Origin: Gottschalkia acidurici 9a
Lineage (GTDB): Bacteria; Bacillota; Clostridia; Tissierellales; Gottschalkiaceae
Length of the DNA stretch: 32,000 nt
Direction of reading: 5' to 3'
NCBI RefSeq assembly: GCF_000299355.1
Contig: NC_018664.1
Coordinates: 1,440,380 to 1,472,379, forward strand
Part shown: positions 1 to 9,678 of the stretch, piece by piece
Numbering within the stretch: the stretch's first letter is position 1
Layout: each line of letters begins with the position of its first letter
Notes under the pieces: model-generated
Told to the model about the DNA's origin: nothing
Databases searched by the model: none
The model's input: only the letters and a program-made list of their open reading frames with translations
Position numbers and translations under genes: made by a program

Positions 1-728
1 TAATTTCAACTAAGTCTTATTCATATTCTAAAGAGACTGCAGAAGTAAGTTTAAAAAAAGCATTAGATGGAATAGGGACAGACTATATAGATATATTTCT
101 CCTTCATGAGCAAGAAAGTGAATATACTATAAAGGGTCACTATGAAGCTATAGAATACTTTTTAAAGGCCAAAGAAAAAGGTATAATAAGAGCCTTAGGA
201 ATATCTACACATAATGTGGCAGGAGTTAATGCTATATGTAAATATGATGAATTAGACATAATCCATCCGATAATAAACAAAATAGGAATAGGAATACAAG
301 ATGGTACAGTAGAGGATATGCTAAAAGCTATCAAAGCAGCTTATGATAAAGGCAAAGGAATATATGCTATGAAACCTTTAGGTGGAGGTCATCTTATAAA
401 AGATGTTGAATCGTCATTTAACTACGTGAGAGATATACCTTTTATACATTCAATAGCAATAGGAATGCAGTCGTTAGAAGAAATAGATGGAAATGTAAGC
501 CTTATAAACAATGGATATATACCGAATGAAATAAAGAAGAAGATAGATAAAAAGCAAAGAAGACTTCAAATTGCAGATTGGTGTATAGGCTGTGGAGCTT
601 GTGTAAGCACATGTAAAAATGATGGAATAGAGATAATTGATGGTAAGGCTCAACCTATAAAAGGAAAATGTATATTCTGCGGATACTGTGCACCTAAATG
701 TCCAGAGTTTTGTATAAAGGTAATATAA
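1..728 (+). CDS. Aldo/keto-reductase-like oxidoreductase with C-terminal 2x[4Fe-4S] ferredoxin domain (5' end outside window)
   Basis: Frame 3 is open from base 3 (..[24 protein letters not shown]..) and continues into listed ORF 216..728. The C-terminus has two Cys clusters, [11 protein letters not shown] and [12 protein letters not shown]. Confidence 0.7.
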   Translation, partial: ISTKSYSYSKETAEVSLKKALDGIGTDYIDIFLLHEQESEYTIKGHYEAIEYFLKAKEKGIIRALGISTHNVAGVNAICKYDELDIIHPIINKIGIGIQDGTVEDMLKAIKAAYDKGKGIYAMKPLGGGHLIKDVESSFNYVRDIPFIHSIAIGMQSLEEIDGNVSLINNGYIPNEIKKKIDKKQRRLQIADWCIGCGACVSTCKNDGIEIIDGKAQPIKGKCIFCGYCAPKCPEFCIKVI

Positions 729-742
729 TTTTGGAGGAAATA

Positions 743-1156
743 ATGAAGAGGATAATGGGATTAGATGTGGGAGATAAAACTATAGGAGTTGCTGTTTCAG
801 ATCCACTTGGGATAACATCTCAGGGAGTTACTACTATTAGAAGAAAAGGTATAAAGTCAGATATAGAAGAATTAAAGAGTATAGTAGAGGAATACTGTAT
901 AGAAAAAGTAGTAATTGGGCTTCCTAAGAATATGAATAATACTATAGGACCTCAAGGTGAAAAAGTTTTAAAGTTTTCAGAAAAGTTTAAAGAAAAGTTT
1001 GAATTGGAAATAATATTACAAGATGAAAGATTAACAACTGTATCTGCTGAAAGAGTGCTTATAGATGCAGATGTAAGTAGAAAAAAAAGAAAAGATGTGA
1101 TAGATAAAGTTGCAGCAACTTATATACTGCAATCTTATTTAGACAGATCTAAATAA
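743..1156 (+). CDS. ruvX: Holliday-junction resolvase-like / pre-16S rRNA nuclease YqgF (RuvX)
   Basis: GGAGG lies 8 nt upstream of ATG 743. The N-terminus [20 protein letters not shown] is the YqgF signature. The listed start at 698 overlaps the upstream gene and lacks an RBS. Confidence 0.9.
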   Translation: MKRIMGLDVGDKTIGVAVSDPLGITSQGVTTIRRKGIKSDIEELKSIVEEYCIEKVVIGLPKNMNNTIGPQGEKVLKFSEKFKEKFELEIILQDERLTTVSAERVLIDADVSRKKRKDVIDKVAATYILQSYLDRSK

Positions 1157-1170
1157 AGGAGCGACAAAAA

Positions 1171-1428
1171 ATGTCAGAAGAAGAAAACATAATTAAGTTA
1201 ATAGACGAAGATGGTAAAGAACAAGACTTTGAGGTTATAGCAACGTTTGATGTTGAAGATGATGAATATGCAGCGTTACTTCCACTAGGTGAAGAAGAGG
1301 AAGAAGTGTATTTATTAAAAATAGAATATGATGAAAATGGAGACGCAACTTTAAGAAATATAGAGGATGAAGAAGAATTTAGTGATGTAGCTGCAGCATA
1401 TGAGGCTATAGTAGATGAAATAATATAG
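1171..1428 (+). CDS. DUF1292-family small acidic protein
   Basis: 85 aa, very acidic, with IKLIDEDGKEQDFEVIATFDVEDDEYAALLP. Sits directly after ruvX, as is typical in Firmicutes. AAGGAG RBS. Confidence 0.8.
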   Translation: MSEEENIIKLIDEDGKEQDFEVIATFDVEDDEYAALLPLGEEEEEVYLLKIEYDENGDATLRNIEDEEEFSDVAAAYEAIVDEII

Positions 1429-1491
1429 TTTTAAAATTATTGACTTTTACACTTTATAATTATAGACTATAAGTATAGAGCAGGTGGGAAA

Positions 1492-1938
1492 ATGGAGAAA
1501 ATTTCAGATGATTTAAAAATTAAATTAAAAGAAAAAGGATATAAACTGACTACACAAAGAAAGGCTATAATAGACGTCTTTTTAAAAAATCAAAGTAGTC
1601 ATCTAAGTCCTGAGGAAATATATGATAATGTTAGGAATAGCTATCCTGAAATAGGGTTAGCTACAGTGTATAGAACATTACAACTATTAGAACAATTAAA
1701 TATAGTTTACAAAGTTAACTTTGATGATGGATGTAGCAGATATGAACTGAATCTTGATACTGACGATCACCAACATCATCATCTTATATGTATTAAATGT
1801 GGTAAGGTAAAAGAAGTTAAGCTAGACTTATTAGAGAATCTAGAGTCAGAAATAGAGAAAGAGGGAGATTTTAAAGTAGTTAATCACAATGTTAAATTTT
1901 TCGGATACTGTAAAAATTGTGAAGACGAGTCCTATTAA
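1492..1938 (+). CDS. Fur-family metalloregulator (Fur/PerR/Zur type)
   Basis: Winged-helix N-terminus (LATVYRTLQLL), a His cluster (DDHQHHHLIC) and two CxxC pairs (CIKCGK, CKNCE). Confidence 0.85.
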   Translation: MEKISDDLKIKLKEKGYKLTTQRKAIIDVFLKNQSSHLSPEEIYDNVRNSYPEIGLATVYRTLQLLEQLNIVYKVNFDDGCSRYELNLDTDDHQHHHLICIKCGKVKEVKLDLLENLESEIEKEGDFKVVNHNVKFFGYCKNCEDESY

Positions 1939-1942
1939 AAAT

Positions 1943-1969
1943 AAATCCCATTATGGGATTTATTTTTTT
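1943..1969 (+). terminator. Intrinsic terminator after the fur-family gene
   Basis: Hairpin aaatccc-attat-gggattt followed by a T-run. Confidence 0.75.
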
Positions 1970-2103
1970 ATTATATAAATGTTATACAAAATTACTTTCT
2001 TGGGTAAATTAAATCTATAAAGTAAAAATATCTAAAGGTTTGAACGTGTTTGGAAAAATTGCAAAAATAAAAACGGTAAAAATACAAAAGGGAGTGTGAT
2101 AAG

Positions 2104-3765
2104 ATGTCTAAGAAATCACCAAAATTAAGAATAATTCCTCTGGGAGGTCTGTATGAGGTAGGTAAAAATATAACGGTAATAGAATATAATGATGAAATAA
2201 TAGTTATAGACTGTGGACTGACGTTTCCGGAAGAAGAAATGTTAGGTATAGATGTGGTTATACCAGATATAACATATCTTCTAAAGAATAGGGAAAAAAT
2301 AAAAGGAATAGTATTAACTCATGGGCATGAAGACCATATAGGCGCGTTACCATATGTTCTTAAAAGAATAAATGTTCCTGTATATGGAACAAAATTAACT
2401 CTAGGATTACTAGAGAATAAATTAAAAGAACATAATATTCAGAATGCAAAGCTTCATATTATAAAAGCATCACAATCTATGGAAATAGGACAATTTGGAT
2501 TAGAATTTATAAGAACTAGTCATAGTATACCAGACACAGTAGCAATAGCAATTCACACACCTGTAGGAACTATAGTTCATACAGGAGACTTCAAAATAGA
2601 TTTTACTCCAATAAATGGAGAAGTAATGGACTTTTATAAATTTGCTGAACTAGGAAGTAAAGGGGTATTGCTACTTTTAGCAGATAGTACTAATGTAGAA
2701 AGAGCAGGATACACTATGTCTGAAAAGACAGTTGGGGATACTTTTAAAGATATATTCATGACAGCTAAGCAAAGAATAATAGTGGCTACTTTTGCATCAA
2801 ATATACACAGGGTTCAACAAATAATAAATGCAGCAGTAATTTTCGATAGAAAAGTAGCTGTATCAGGTAGAAGTATGGTAAATGTAGTAAATGTAGCTAC
2901 TGAATTAGGATATTTAAATGTACCAGAGGGAACTCTTATAGAATTAAATGATATAGGAAAATATCCAGATGATAAAGTGGTAGTTATTACTACTGGAAGT
3001 CAGGGAGAGCCAATGTCTGCATTAGCTAGGATAGCTTCTTCAGATCATAAAAAGATGGATTTGAGACCGGGAGATTTGGTTATAATATCAGCTAGCCCTA
3101 TACCTGGAAATGAAAAAACTATATCTAAAGTTATAAATAAGTTATTTAAAAAAGGTGCAAATGTAATATATGAAGCACTAGCAGATGTCCATGTATCTGG
3201 TCATGCTTGCCAAGAGGAACTTAAATTAATTCATAGCTTATTAAAACCTAAATACTTTATACCTGTTCATGGAGAGTACAGACACTTAGAGCAACATGCT
3301 AAGCTAGCAGAGGATCTTGGTATGCCTAGAGAAAATATTTTCTTGGCTGAAAACGGTTCTGTTTTAGAATTTACAGAAGAGAGTGGAAATATAGTAGGAA
3401 GTGTACCATCAGGAAATATTTTAGTAGATGGCTTAGGTGTAGGAGATGTAGGTAATATAGTACTTAGAGATAGAAAACACTTGTCAGAAGATGGTTTAAT
3501 AGTTATTGTTGTAACGATTAGTAAAGAAGACGGTAGTGTCATTGCAGGTCCAGATATAGTTTCAAGAGGATTCGTATATGTTAGAGAGTCAGAAGATTTA
3601 ATGGAAGAAGCCAAAAGGGTAGTAAGAAATGTGTTAATGGAATGTGAGAAAAATCATATAACTGATTGGGCTACTTTGAAGTCTAGCATAAGAGATGCAT
3701 TAAGAAGTTTCCTTTGTGAAAATAAAAGAAATCCTATGATATTACCTATAATCATGGAAATATAA
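2104..3765 (+). CDS. rnj: Ribonuclease J
   Basis: 553 aa. Metallo-beta-lactamase motif LTHGHEDHIGALP, beta-CASP core (ADSTN.., HVSGHA) and an RNase J-type C-terminal domain. GGGAG RBS. Confidence 0.92.
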   Translation: MSKKSPKLRIIPLGGLYEVGKNITVIEYNDEIIVIDCGLTFPEEEMLGIDVVIPDITYLLKNREKIKGIVLTHGHEDHIGALPYVLKRINVPVYGTKLTLGLLENKLKEHNIQNAKLHIIKASQSMEIGQFGLEFIRTSHSIPDTVAIAIHTPVGTIVHTGDFKIDFTPINGEVMDFYKFAELGSKGVLLLLADSTNVERAGYTMSEKTVGDTFKDIFMTAKQRIIVATFASNIHRVQQIINAAVIFDRKVAVSGRSMVNVVNVATELGYLNVPEGTLIELNDIGKYPDDKVVVITTGSQGEPMSALARIASSDHKKMDLRPGDLVIISASPIPGNEKTISKVINKLFKKGANVIYEALADVHVSGHACQEELKLIHSLLKPKYFIPVHGEYRHLEQHAKLAEDLGMPRENIFLAENGSVLEFTEESGNIVGSVPSGNILVDGLGVGDVGNIVLRDRKHLSEDGLIVIVVTISKEDGSVIAGPDIVSRGFVYVRESEDLMEEAKRVVRNVLMECEKNHITDWATLKSSIRDALRSFLCENKRNPMILPIIMEI

Positions 3766-3768
3766 AAA

Positions 3769-3797
3769 AGTCGTAGTTAAACTACGACTTCTTTATT
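3769..3797 (+). terminator. Intrinsic terminator after rnj
   Basis: Hairpin agtcgtag-ttaa-ctacgact followed by a T-rich tail. Confidence 0.75.
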
Positions 3798-3839
3798 TGA
3801 TAAAGAGGATATTAAGTGTTACTTAAGGAGTGTGATCGT

Positions 3840-4316
3840 ATGAATACTAAATACTTAACTAAGGCCAGTATTATAGCCGCTATTTATGTAGTTTTGGTTC
3901 TAGTTGAGATTCCACTTGGGCCAATAACATATGGTCCTATACAAATAAGAATATCTGAAGGGCTTGCCTTACTTCCCCTAGTAGAAGCAGCAGCTATACC
4001 TGGTGTTTTTATAGGATGTTTAATGGCAAATTTAATATTAGCATTTTTATCAGGATTTGGATTAGTAGATGTACTAGGTGGAAGCTTAGTTACACTCTTA
4101 GCTGCCTATATGACTAGTAAAATGCCAAACAAAATATTAGGAGTTTTACCGCCAGTAATATTAAATGGGCTTATAGTTTCTATATGGGTATCAAACTTTA
4201 TGGGTGTTCCTTATATTGTTACAGTTGGTACTATAGGACTGGGAGAGCTTATAGCTGTATCTGTATTTGGTAATATAACTTTATATATTTACAATAGGAT
4301 TAGAAAGCACATTTAG
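3840..4316 (+). CDS. queT: Queuosine-precursor transporter QueT
   Basis: Polytopic membrane protein. The N-terminus TKASIIAAIYVVLVLVEIPLGPITYGPIQIRISEGL fits the QueT family. AAGGAG lies upstream of ATG 3840; the listed start 3816 has no RBS. Confidence 0.8.
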   Translation: MNTKYLTKASIIAAIYVVLVLVEIPLGPITYGPIQIRISEGLALLPLVEAAAIPGVFIGCLMANLILAFLSGFGLVDVLGGSLVTLLAAYMTSKMPNKILGVLPPVILNGLIVSIWVSNFMGVPYIVTVGTIGLGELIAVSVFGNITLYIYNRIRKHI

Positions 4317-4424
4317 CTAAATTTAAATGTTGAAAGTTGTAATTGGTTAAATTAAACCTTGTAAATAAATGATTTAAATTGTATAATTTAAGAAAATGAA
4401 GAAACTTAAGAGGAGAAAACTCAT

Positions 4425-5483
4425 ATGGAAAAATCTTTTCTTATAGAAGAAAAAAGAAGAAAAAAAAGAAAAACATTTATTAAATTTCTAGTACTAATAG
4501 TAGTTTTAGTAGGAGCACTTATATTTATTAAAGGTTATATTGAAAGTGCTAAGGGATCAGTAGCTAAAGGTAGTATAATAGAAAAATCTATAGAAATTCC
4601 AAGTGGTAGCTCTACAAATGATATTGCTAGAATTTTAAAGCAAAATAAGCTCATAAAAAATGAAAGTATATTTAAGTTATATTCTAAGTTAGAAAAAAAA
4701 GATGGAAAATATAAAGCAGGTATATACACATTAAATAATGGAATGAGTCAAGAACAAATAATGAATAAGCTTATAGAAGGTGGAGCTTTAAGCAATGCTG
4801 TCCAATTTACCATACCAGAAGGTTTTGAATTAGAACAAATAGCTGATAGATTAAGTAATGCTGGAATAGTAGATAAAGGCAAATTTATGGATTTGGCATC
4901 AAATGCTTCTGGATTCGAGAATGAATATGACTTTTTAAAAGGGTTACCAGAAGGATCTTCTTTAGAAGGGTACCTTTATCCAAATACTTATGAAGTATAT
5001 AAAGATGCTACTGAGGAAGAAATTATAAAAAAATAGCTAGATAATTTTAATATGATTTATACGAAAGAAATACAAGAAAAAGGCGAAAAACTAGGACTTA
5101 ATACTAATCAGATTATAACTCTTGCATCTATTATAGAGAGAGAAGCTATGGTTGAAGATGAAAGAGCTATAATGTCAGGAGTATTTCACAATAGATTAAA
5201 AATAGACATGCCTTTACAATCTTGTGCAACAGTTCAATATGTATTAGGAGAAAGAAAACCAGTACTCAGTAATGCAGACGTAGAAATAGACTCTAGCTAT
5301 AACACATATAAGAATAAAGGTCTACCACCAGCACCAATAGCATCACCTGGAATTAAATCTATAGAAGCAGCGGTAAATCCTAAAGATGTTGATTATCTTT
5401 TCTTTGTTAGAACTGGTAAAGATGGATCACATACGTTTTCTAAAACTTATGAAGAGCATTTAAAAGCTAGAAGTGAGAATTAG
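4425..5483 (+). pseudogene. mltG: Endolytic murein transglycosylase MltG (YceG family) interrupted by an in-frame TAG at 5034-5036
   Basis: ORFs 4425..5036 and 5052..5483 are in the same frame and read ..EEEIIKK*LDNFNMIYTKE... The first part has the TM anchor and LysM-like domain. The second part has the YceG catalytic region (ASIIEREA, QSCATVQY, YNTY..GLPPAPIASPG). Confidence 0.85.
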
Positions 5484-5508
5484 ACTCAGATAAGAATAAA
5501 GTACCGTC

Positions 5509-5553
5509 AATAAATAATACGTGGGAAGCTACCACGTATTATTTATTGATTTT
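5509..5553 (+). terminator. Intrinsic terminator after mltG
   Basis: 16-bp stem aataaataatacgtgg / ccacgtattatttatt followed by gattttt. Confidence 0.8.
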
Positions 5554-5573
5554 TAAAATAAGGAGAGATAGGT

Positions 5574-6224
5574 TTGGGTAATATAAATAGAAAATATATA
5601 GAAGACTATATAAGAAGTTTAATACCTAATAAGAAAGATTTTATATCGGAAATAGGACAATATGCGCTTGAGAACAATGTGCCGATAGTTCATCCAGAAG
5701 TTGCTCAACTTCTGAAGGTGTTGGTTAGAATGAATAAACCTAAGAGAATATTAGAAGTAGGGACAGCAATAGGATACTCAGCGTTAGTAATGGCTAAATG
5801 CATGAATGATGGAGAAATAGTTACAATAGAGCGTAACGATGATATGATAAAGATTGCAGAAGATAATATACAGAAAAATGGATTTAAAGATAGAATTAAA
5901 ATTATAAAAGGTGATGCCGAAGATGTTTTAAAGAATATAGATGGTAAGTTTGACTTTATATTTTTAGATGCATCAAAAGGACATTATAAAGATTTCTTTT
6001 TTTACTTTATAGATAAATTGACTGAAGGTGGAGTAGTAGTATCAGACAATATATTGTTTAAAGGAATGGTAGCAACAGATGAACTAGTAATTAGAAGAAA
6101 AAAAACTATAGTTAAAAGAATGAGAGATTACTTAGAATTCATATCTAATAATGAAAGTCTTGAAACAAGTATAATACCAATAGGAGACGGAGTAGCCATT
6201 AGTTATAAGAAGGAGGATGCTTAA
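5574..6224 (+). CDS. SAM-dependent O-methyltransferase, YrrM/TrmR family
   Basis: Class I methyltransferase motifs ILEVGTAIGYS and FDFIFLDA. TTG start with GGAGAG RBS. Sits between mltG and the U32 peptidase as in B. subtilis yrrL-yrrM-yrrNO. Confidence 0.85.
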   Translation: MGNINRKYIEDYIRSLIPNKKDFISEIGQYALENNVPIVHPEVAQLLKVLVRMNKPKRILEVGTAIGYSALVMAKCMNDGEIVTIERNDDMIKIAEDNIQKNGFKDRIKIIKGDAEDVLKNIDGKFDFIFLDASKGHYKDFFFYFIDKLTEGGVVVSDNILFKGMVATDELVIRRKKTIVKRMRDYLEFISNNESLETSIIPIGDGVAISYKKEDA

Positions 6225-7452
6225 TGAAAAACCAGAACTTTTAGCACCAGCAGGAGATTTAGAAAAACTAAAATTTGCAATAGCTTATGGAGCAGATGCA
6301 GTATATTTAGGTGGTTCAAAATTTGGACTTAGAGCTTCAGCTAAAAACTTTACAATAGAAGAAATGGAGCAGGGTGTTCTATATGCACATGAAAGAGGAA
6401 AAAAAGTATATGTTACTTTAAATATGATACCTCACAATGAAGATCTAATAGGAATGTCAGAGTATGTTAAAGAATTAGAAAGAATAGGTGTAGATGCAGT
6501 ATTAGTGGCAGATCCTGGTGTACTAGAAATAGTGAAAGAGAGTGCACCTAAATTAGAAATACATTTAAGTACTCAAGCTAACACTACAAACTATGTAGCT
6601 GCAAACTTTTGGTATAAGCAAGGAATAAAAAGGGTAGTAGTTGCTAGAGAGCAGTCATTAGAAGAAATAAAAGAACTTAGAGATAAAGGAAATAAAGAAT
6701 TAGAAATAGAAGCTTTTGTTCATGGAGCTATGTGTATATCTTATTCGGGAAGATGTCTGTTAAGTAACTATATGACTCATAGAGATGCAAATAGAGGAGA
6801 ATGCGCACAGTCATGTAGATGGAGATACTACCTTGTAGAGGAAAAAAGACCTGGCGAATATTTTCCAATAACAGAAGATGAAAAAGGAACATATATATAT
6901 AATTCTAAGGATCTATGTATGTTAAATCACATACCTGAGCTTATAGAAGCTGGAATAGATAGCCTTAAAATAGAAGGAAGAATGAAGAGTCCATACTATG
7001 TAGCTACGGTAATTAGAGCATATAGAATGGTTATAGATGAATATCTTAAGGATCCTCAAAACTATAAGATGGATAATAAGTGGTTAGAAGAAATAAAAAA
7101 AGCTAGCTATAGGGACTTTACAACAGGATTTTACTTTGAAAAGCCAGATCAAAATGAGCAGTTATATGATACTAATTCATATATAAGAGGATATGACTTT
7201 GTGGGATTGGTATTGAACTACGATGAAAAGAACAAGATAGCTACTGTAGAACAAAGAAATAGGATATTTGTAGGAGATGAAATAGAAATATTTGGACCTA
7301 ACAAAGAATATTTTACTCAGAAAATAGAAAAAATGTGGAATGATAAAGAGGAAGAAATCGATGTAGCTCCTCGTGCACAACAAAAGATAAAAATAAAAGT
7401 AGATCATCCAGTTGAAAAAATGGATATATTAAGAAAAGAATTAAATATATAA
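6217..7452 (+). CDS. Peptidase U32 family protein (YrrO/TrhP-like)
   Basis: N-terminus KPELLAPAGDLEKLKFAIAYGADAVYLGG is the U32 signature, and the internal E..H..MC.SYSGRC motif is present. Overlaps the upstream stop by 8 nt, suggesting translational coupling. Confidence 0.88.
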   Translation: MLNEKPELLAPAGDLEKLKFAIAYGADAVYLGGSKFGLRASAKNFTIEEMEQGVLYAHERGKKVYVTLNMIPHNEDLIGMSEYVKELERIGVDAVLVADPGVLEIVKESAPKLEIHLSTQANTTNYVAANFWYKQGIKRVVVAREQSLEEIKELRDKGNKELEIEAFVHGAMCISYSGRCLLSNYMTHRDANRGECAQSCRWRYYLVEEKRPGEYFPITEDEKGTYIYNSKDLCMLNHIPELIEAGIDSLKIEGRMKSPYYVATVIRAYRMVIDEYLKDPQNYKMDNKWLEEIKKASYRDFTTGFYFEKPDQNEQLYDTNSYIRGYDFVGLVLNYDEKNKIATVEQRNRIFVGDEIEIFGPNKEYFTQKIEKMWNDKEEEIDVAPRAQQKIKIKVDHPVEKMDILRKELNI

Positions 7453-7515
7453 ATAAGAATACCCCTACTGAAAGTTGGAAATAATTTTAATAAAGACTTT
7501 AGTGGGGGTATTCTT

Positions 7516-9192
7516 ATGGGAAAATATGAAAAAGATAATACATATAAAAGAGCTAAAATAATTGCATCGTTTATGGTAAGTATATTTCTATCGTTAATGG
7601 TAAGACTTTATTTTATTCAAATGGTAAAAGGCGAAAAATATCAAGAATTAGCAATGAATCAACAAATATTTAATATTGAGAGTTCTCTATCAAGAGGAAT
7701 AATATTTGATAGGAATGGAAAAAAGTTTACAAATCAAGATGAAGAAAAAGTCTTATATATTTTTAAAAAGAATATAAAAGATAATAAAAAAAATATTGAA
7801 GAATTGAAAAAAGCACTAAAATATAGTAATAAAGAAATTGAGAAATTACTAAATAGTTCTGATTCAGTTATAGAAATTTCTCTAGATAATAAGGATGTTA
7901 ATTTAGATAAATTATCTAACATAAAGGATGTTGTCATAGTTGATAAACAGAAAAGAAATAATGATAAAAACATTTTAGCACATGTTATAGGTTATATTAA
8001 TGAAAAGGACAATATAGGATTAAGTGGAATTGAAAAAGCATTTGATAAAGAGCCATTGAAGGCTAATATAAACCATGGCAAAACTCCTATATTTGTAGAT
8101 GCTAAACAAAGAGTAATTCCTGGTGTAAGTGCAGATATAGGTAGAGGAGAGGTAACTGGAATAGCTAATAGTTTAAAATTAACTATAGATTACGATATAC
8201 AAGAAAAAACAGAAGAGATACTAGATAAAAGTAGAAAAAAAGGGGCTGTAGTTGTATCTGAGGTTGATAGTGGAGATATAATAGCGATGGCAAGTAGACC
8301 TAATGTGGACTTAACAAATATAAAAGAAGAGTTAAATAAACATGATCAAAGATTTTTTAATAAATCATTAGAATTGTCATATCCACCAGGATCTATATTT
8401 AAAGTACCAGTACTATTAGCAGCACTTGAAAAAGATGAAGTATCATTAGAGGATAAAATTTTTTGCAAAGGCTATGAAGAAGTAGAGAATACAATTATTA
8501 ATTGCAATAAAAAGGGAGGACATGGAGAGATTACTGTATTTGAAGGACTTTATAATTCATGCAACTCTACATTTATCCAAATAGGCAAAAAGATAGGAGC
8601 AGAAGAGATAGTGAAAACTGCTAAGGTTTTAGGATTTGGAGAAAAGATAAATATAGGTTTAGAAGATGAAAGTAAAGGAAATCTTCCAAAAGGGAAGGAC
8701 TTAGTAGGTCCCGCAATAGGTAACATATCTATAGGTCAGGGTAATATTGAAGTTACGCCATTACAAGTGACTAATATGATGATGATTGTCGCTAATGGTG
8801 GAGTAAAGAAAGATATGTCTATAGTAGATAGTTATGTTACGGCACAAGGTGCACATGGGAAAAAAATAAGAAGAGAGAGTGATCAAAGAGTTTTATCAGA
8901 GGATTTGGTTAATATGGTAAAAAAGGGATTAGACGAGGTAGTTCAAAGAGGAACAGCTAGTAATATAGAAATGAGAAGTATAGGTGGGGGTGGAGGAAAA
9001 ACAGGTTCGGCTCAGGCTGTACTAAATGGAAAAGAAACCGTACATGCATGGTTTACTGGGTACTTTCCCAAGGATAAGCCCAAATATGTAATAACTGTAT
9101 TCATAGAGAGCGGCGACTCAGGTAGTACACAGGCTGCACCTGTTTTTGAAAAGGTTGCAAAAGAAATATATAAGATTGAGAATAAAAAATAG
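7516..9192 (+). CDS. Class B penicillin-binding protein (transpeptidase; PbpI/SpoVD-like)
   Basis: N-terminal TM anchor plus SxxK (SIFK), SxN (SCN) and KTG (KTGS) motifs. By position it corresponds to B. subtilis yrrR (pbpI). Confidence 0.88.
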   Translation: MGKYEKDNTYKRAKIIASFMVSIFLSLMVRLYFIQMVKGEKYQELAMNQQIFNIESSLSRGIIFDRNGKKFTNQDEEKVLYIFKKNIKDNKKNIEELKKALKYSNKEIEKLLNSSDSVIEISLDNKDVNLDKLSNIKDVVIVDKQKRNNDKNILAHVIGYINEKDNIGLSGIEKAFDKEPLKANINHGKTPIFVDAKQRVIPGVSADIGRGEVTGIANSLKLTIDYDIQEKTEEILDKSRKKGAVVVSEVDSGDIIAMASRPNVDLTNIKEELNKHDQRFFNKSLELSYPPGSIFKVPVLLAALEKDEVSLEDKIFCKGYEEVENTIINCNKKGGHGEITVFEGLYNSCNSTFIQIGKKIGAEEIVKTAKVLGFGEKINIGLEDESKGNLPKGKDLVGPAIGNISIGQGNIEVTPLQVTNMMMIVANGGVKKDMSIVDSYVTAQGAHGKKIRRESDQRVLSEDLVNMVKKGLDEVVQRGTASNIEMRSIGGGGGKTGSAQAVLNGKETVHAWFTGYFPKDKPKYVITVFIESGDSGSTQAAPVFEKVAKEIYKIENKK

Positions 9193-9204
9193 AAAATTGT
9201 ACTT

Positions 9205-9233
9205 GCACAAAAGTTAAGTAAGTCTCATATAAT
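9205..9233 (+). promoter_or_regulatory. Candidate sigma-E-type promoter of sigK
   Basis: GCACAAA-N14-CATATAAT compared with the B. subtilis sigma-E consensus (T/G)(A/C)ATA(A/T)(A/T)-N14-CATACA(A/C)T. Lies about 45 nt upstream of the sigK start. Confidence 0.4.
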
Positions 9234-9277
9234 CTTATATATAACTTTTTCTCATAATTCTGGAGGTGCAAGACTTA

Positions 9278-9619
9278 ATGATAACTTCATTAATATCAAA
9301 TTTAACTTTTTTAATAGAACCTATTTTGTTACTAGTAGGATATGTTTCTAATAATAATTCTTTTCCGAAACCTTTATCGCAAGAGGAAGAAAGTCATTAT
9401 CTTATTCTATATGAGCAAGGTGATGAGAATGCTAAAAATATATTAATAGAGAGAAATCTTAGACTAGTAGCACATATAGTTAAAAAATATAATAATACAG
9501 GAAGAGAAACAGACGATCTTATTTCAATAGGAACAATAGGGCTTATTAAAGCTATAAATACATTTGACAGGAATAAAAAAGTAAGATTGGCTACATATGC
9601 AGCTAGATGTATTGATAAT
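9278..9619 (+). CDS. sigK: sigK 5' segment (pro-sigma-K residues 1-114), interrupted by the intervening element
   Basis: GGAGG lies 11 nt upstream of ATG 9278. The segment has a pro-sequence-like hydrophobic leader, then YVSNNNSFPKPLSQEEE, then region 2 (NLRLVAHIVKKY, DLISIGTIGLIKAI, LATYAARCIDN). After base 9619 the frame reads 14 unrelated codons (PIITFRNEFAIAQK) and stops. Confidence 0.93.
9609..9619 (+). repeat. Left copy of the 11-bp direct repeat (attL core)
   Basis: GTATTGATAAT, identical to 21167-21177. Encodes ..C-I-D-N of sigK. Confidence 0.9.
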
Positions 9620-9678
9620 CCAATCATTACTTTTCGGAACGAATTTGCCATAGCACAAAAATAAGCCCAGCCTTTCCA

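Noticed and set aside
1440-1475. Fur/PerR box or promoter upstream of the fur-family gene (ttgact..tttataattatagactataag)
   Set aside because: The sequence is AT-rich and partly palindromic, resembling TTATAAT-ATTATAA. The match is imperfect and such sequences arise easily at this base composition, so I did not call it.
3790-3839. Possible preQ1 riboswitch upstream of queT
   Set aside because: queT is often preQ1-regulated. However, the 50-nt leader has no P1 stem (no complement to AGAGG), and I could not find the conserved CCC plus A-rich tail pseudoknot arrangement.
5034-5036. TAG in mltG as a pyrrolysine or other recoded codon
   Set aside because: There is no pyl gene context or recoding element in the window. 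TAG is used as an ordinary stop by other genes here, for example at 4314-4316, 5481-5483 and 9190-9192.
9620-9664. C-terminal 14 codons (PIITFRNEFAIAQK) of the listed ORF 9266-9664
   Set aside because: This is read-through into element DNA after the junction and is not part of sigma-K. The unexcised allele would give a truncated protein carrying region 2 only.
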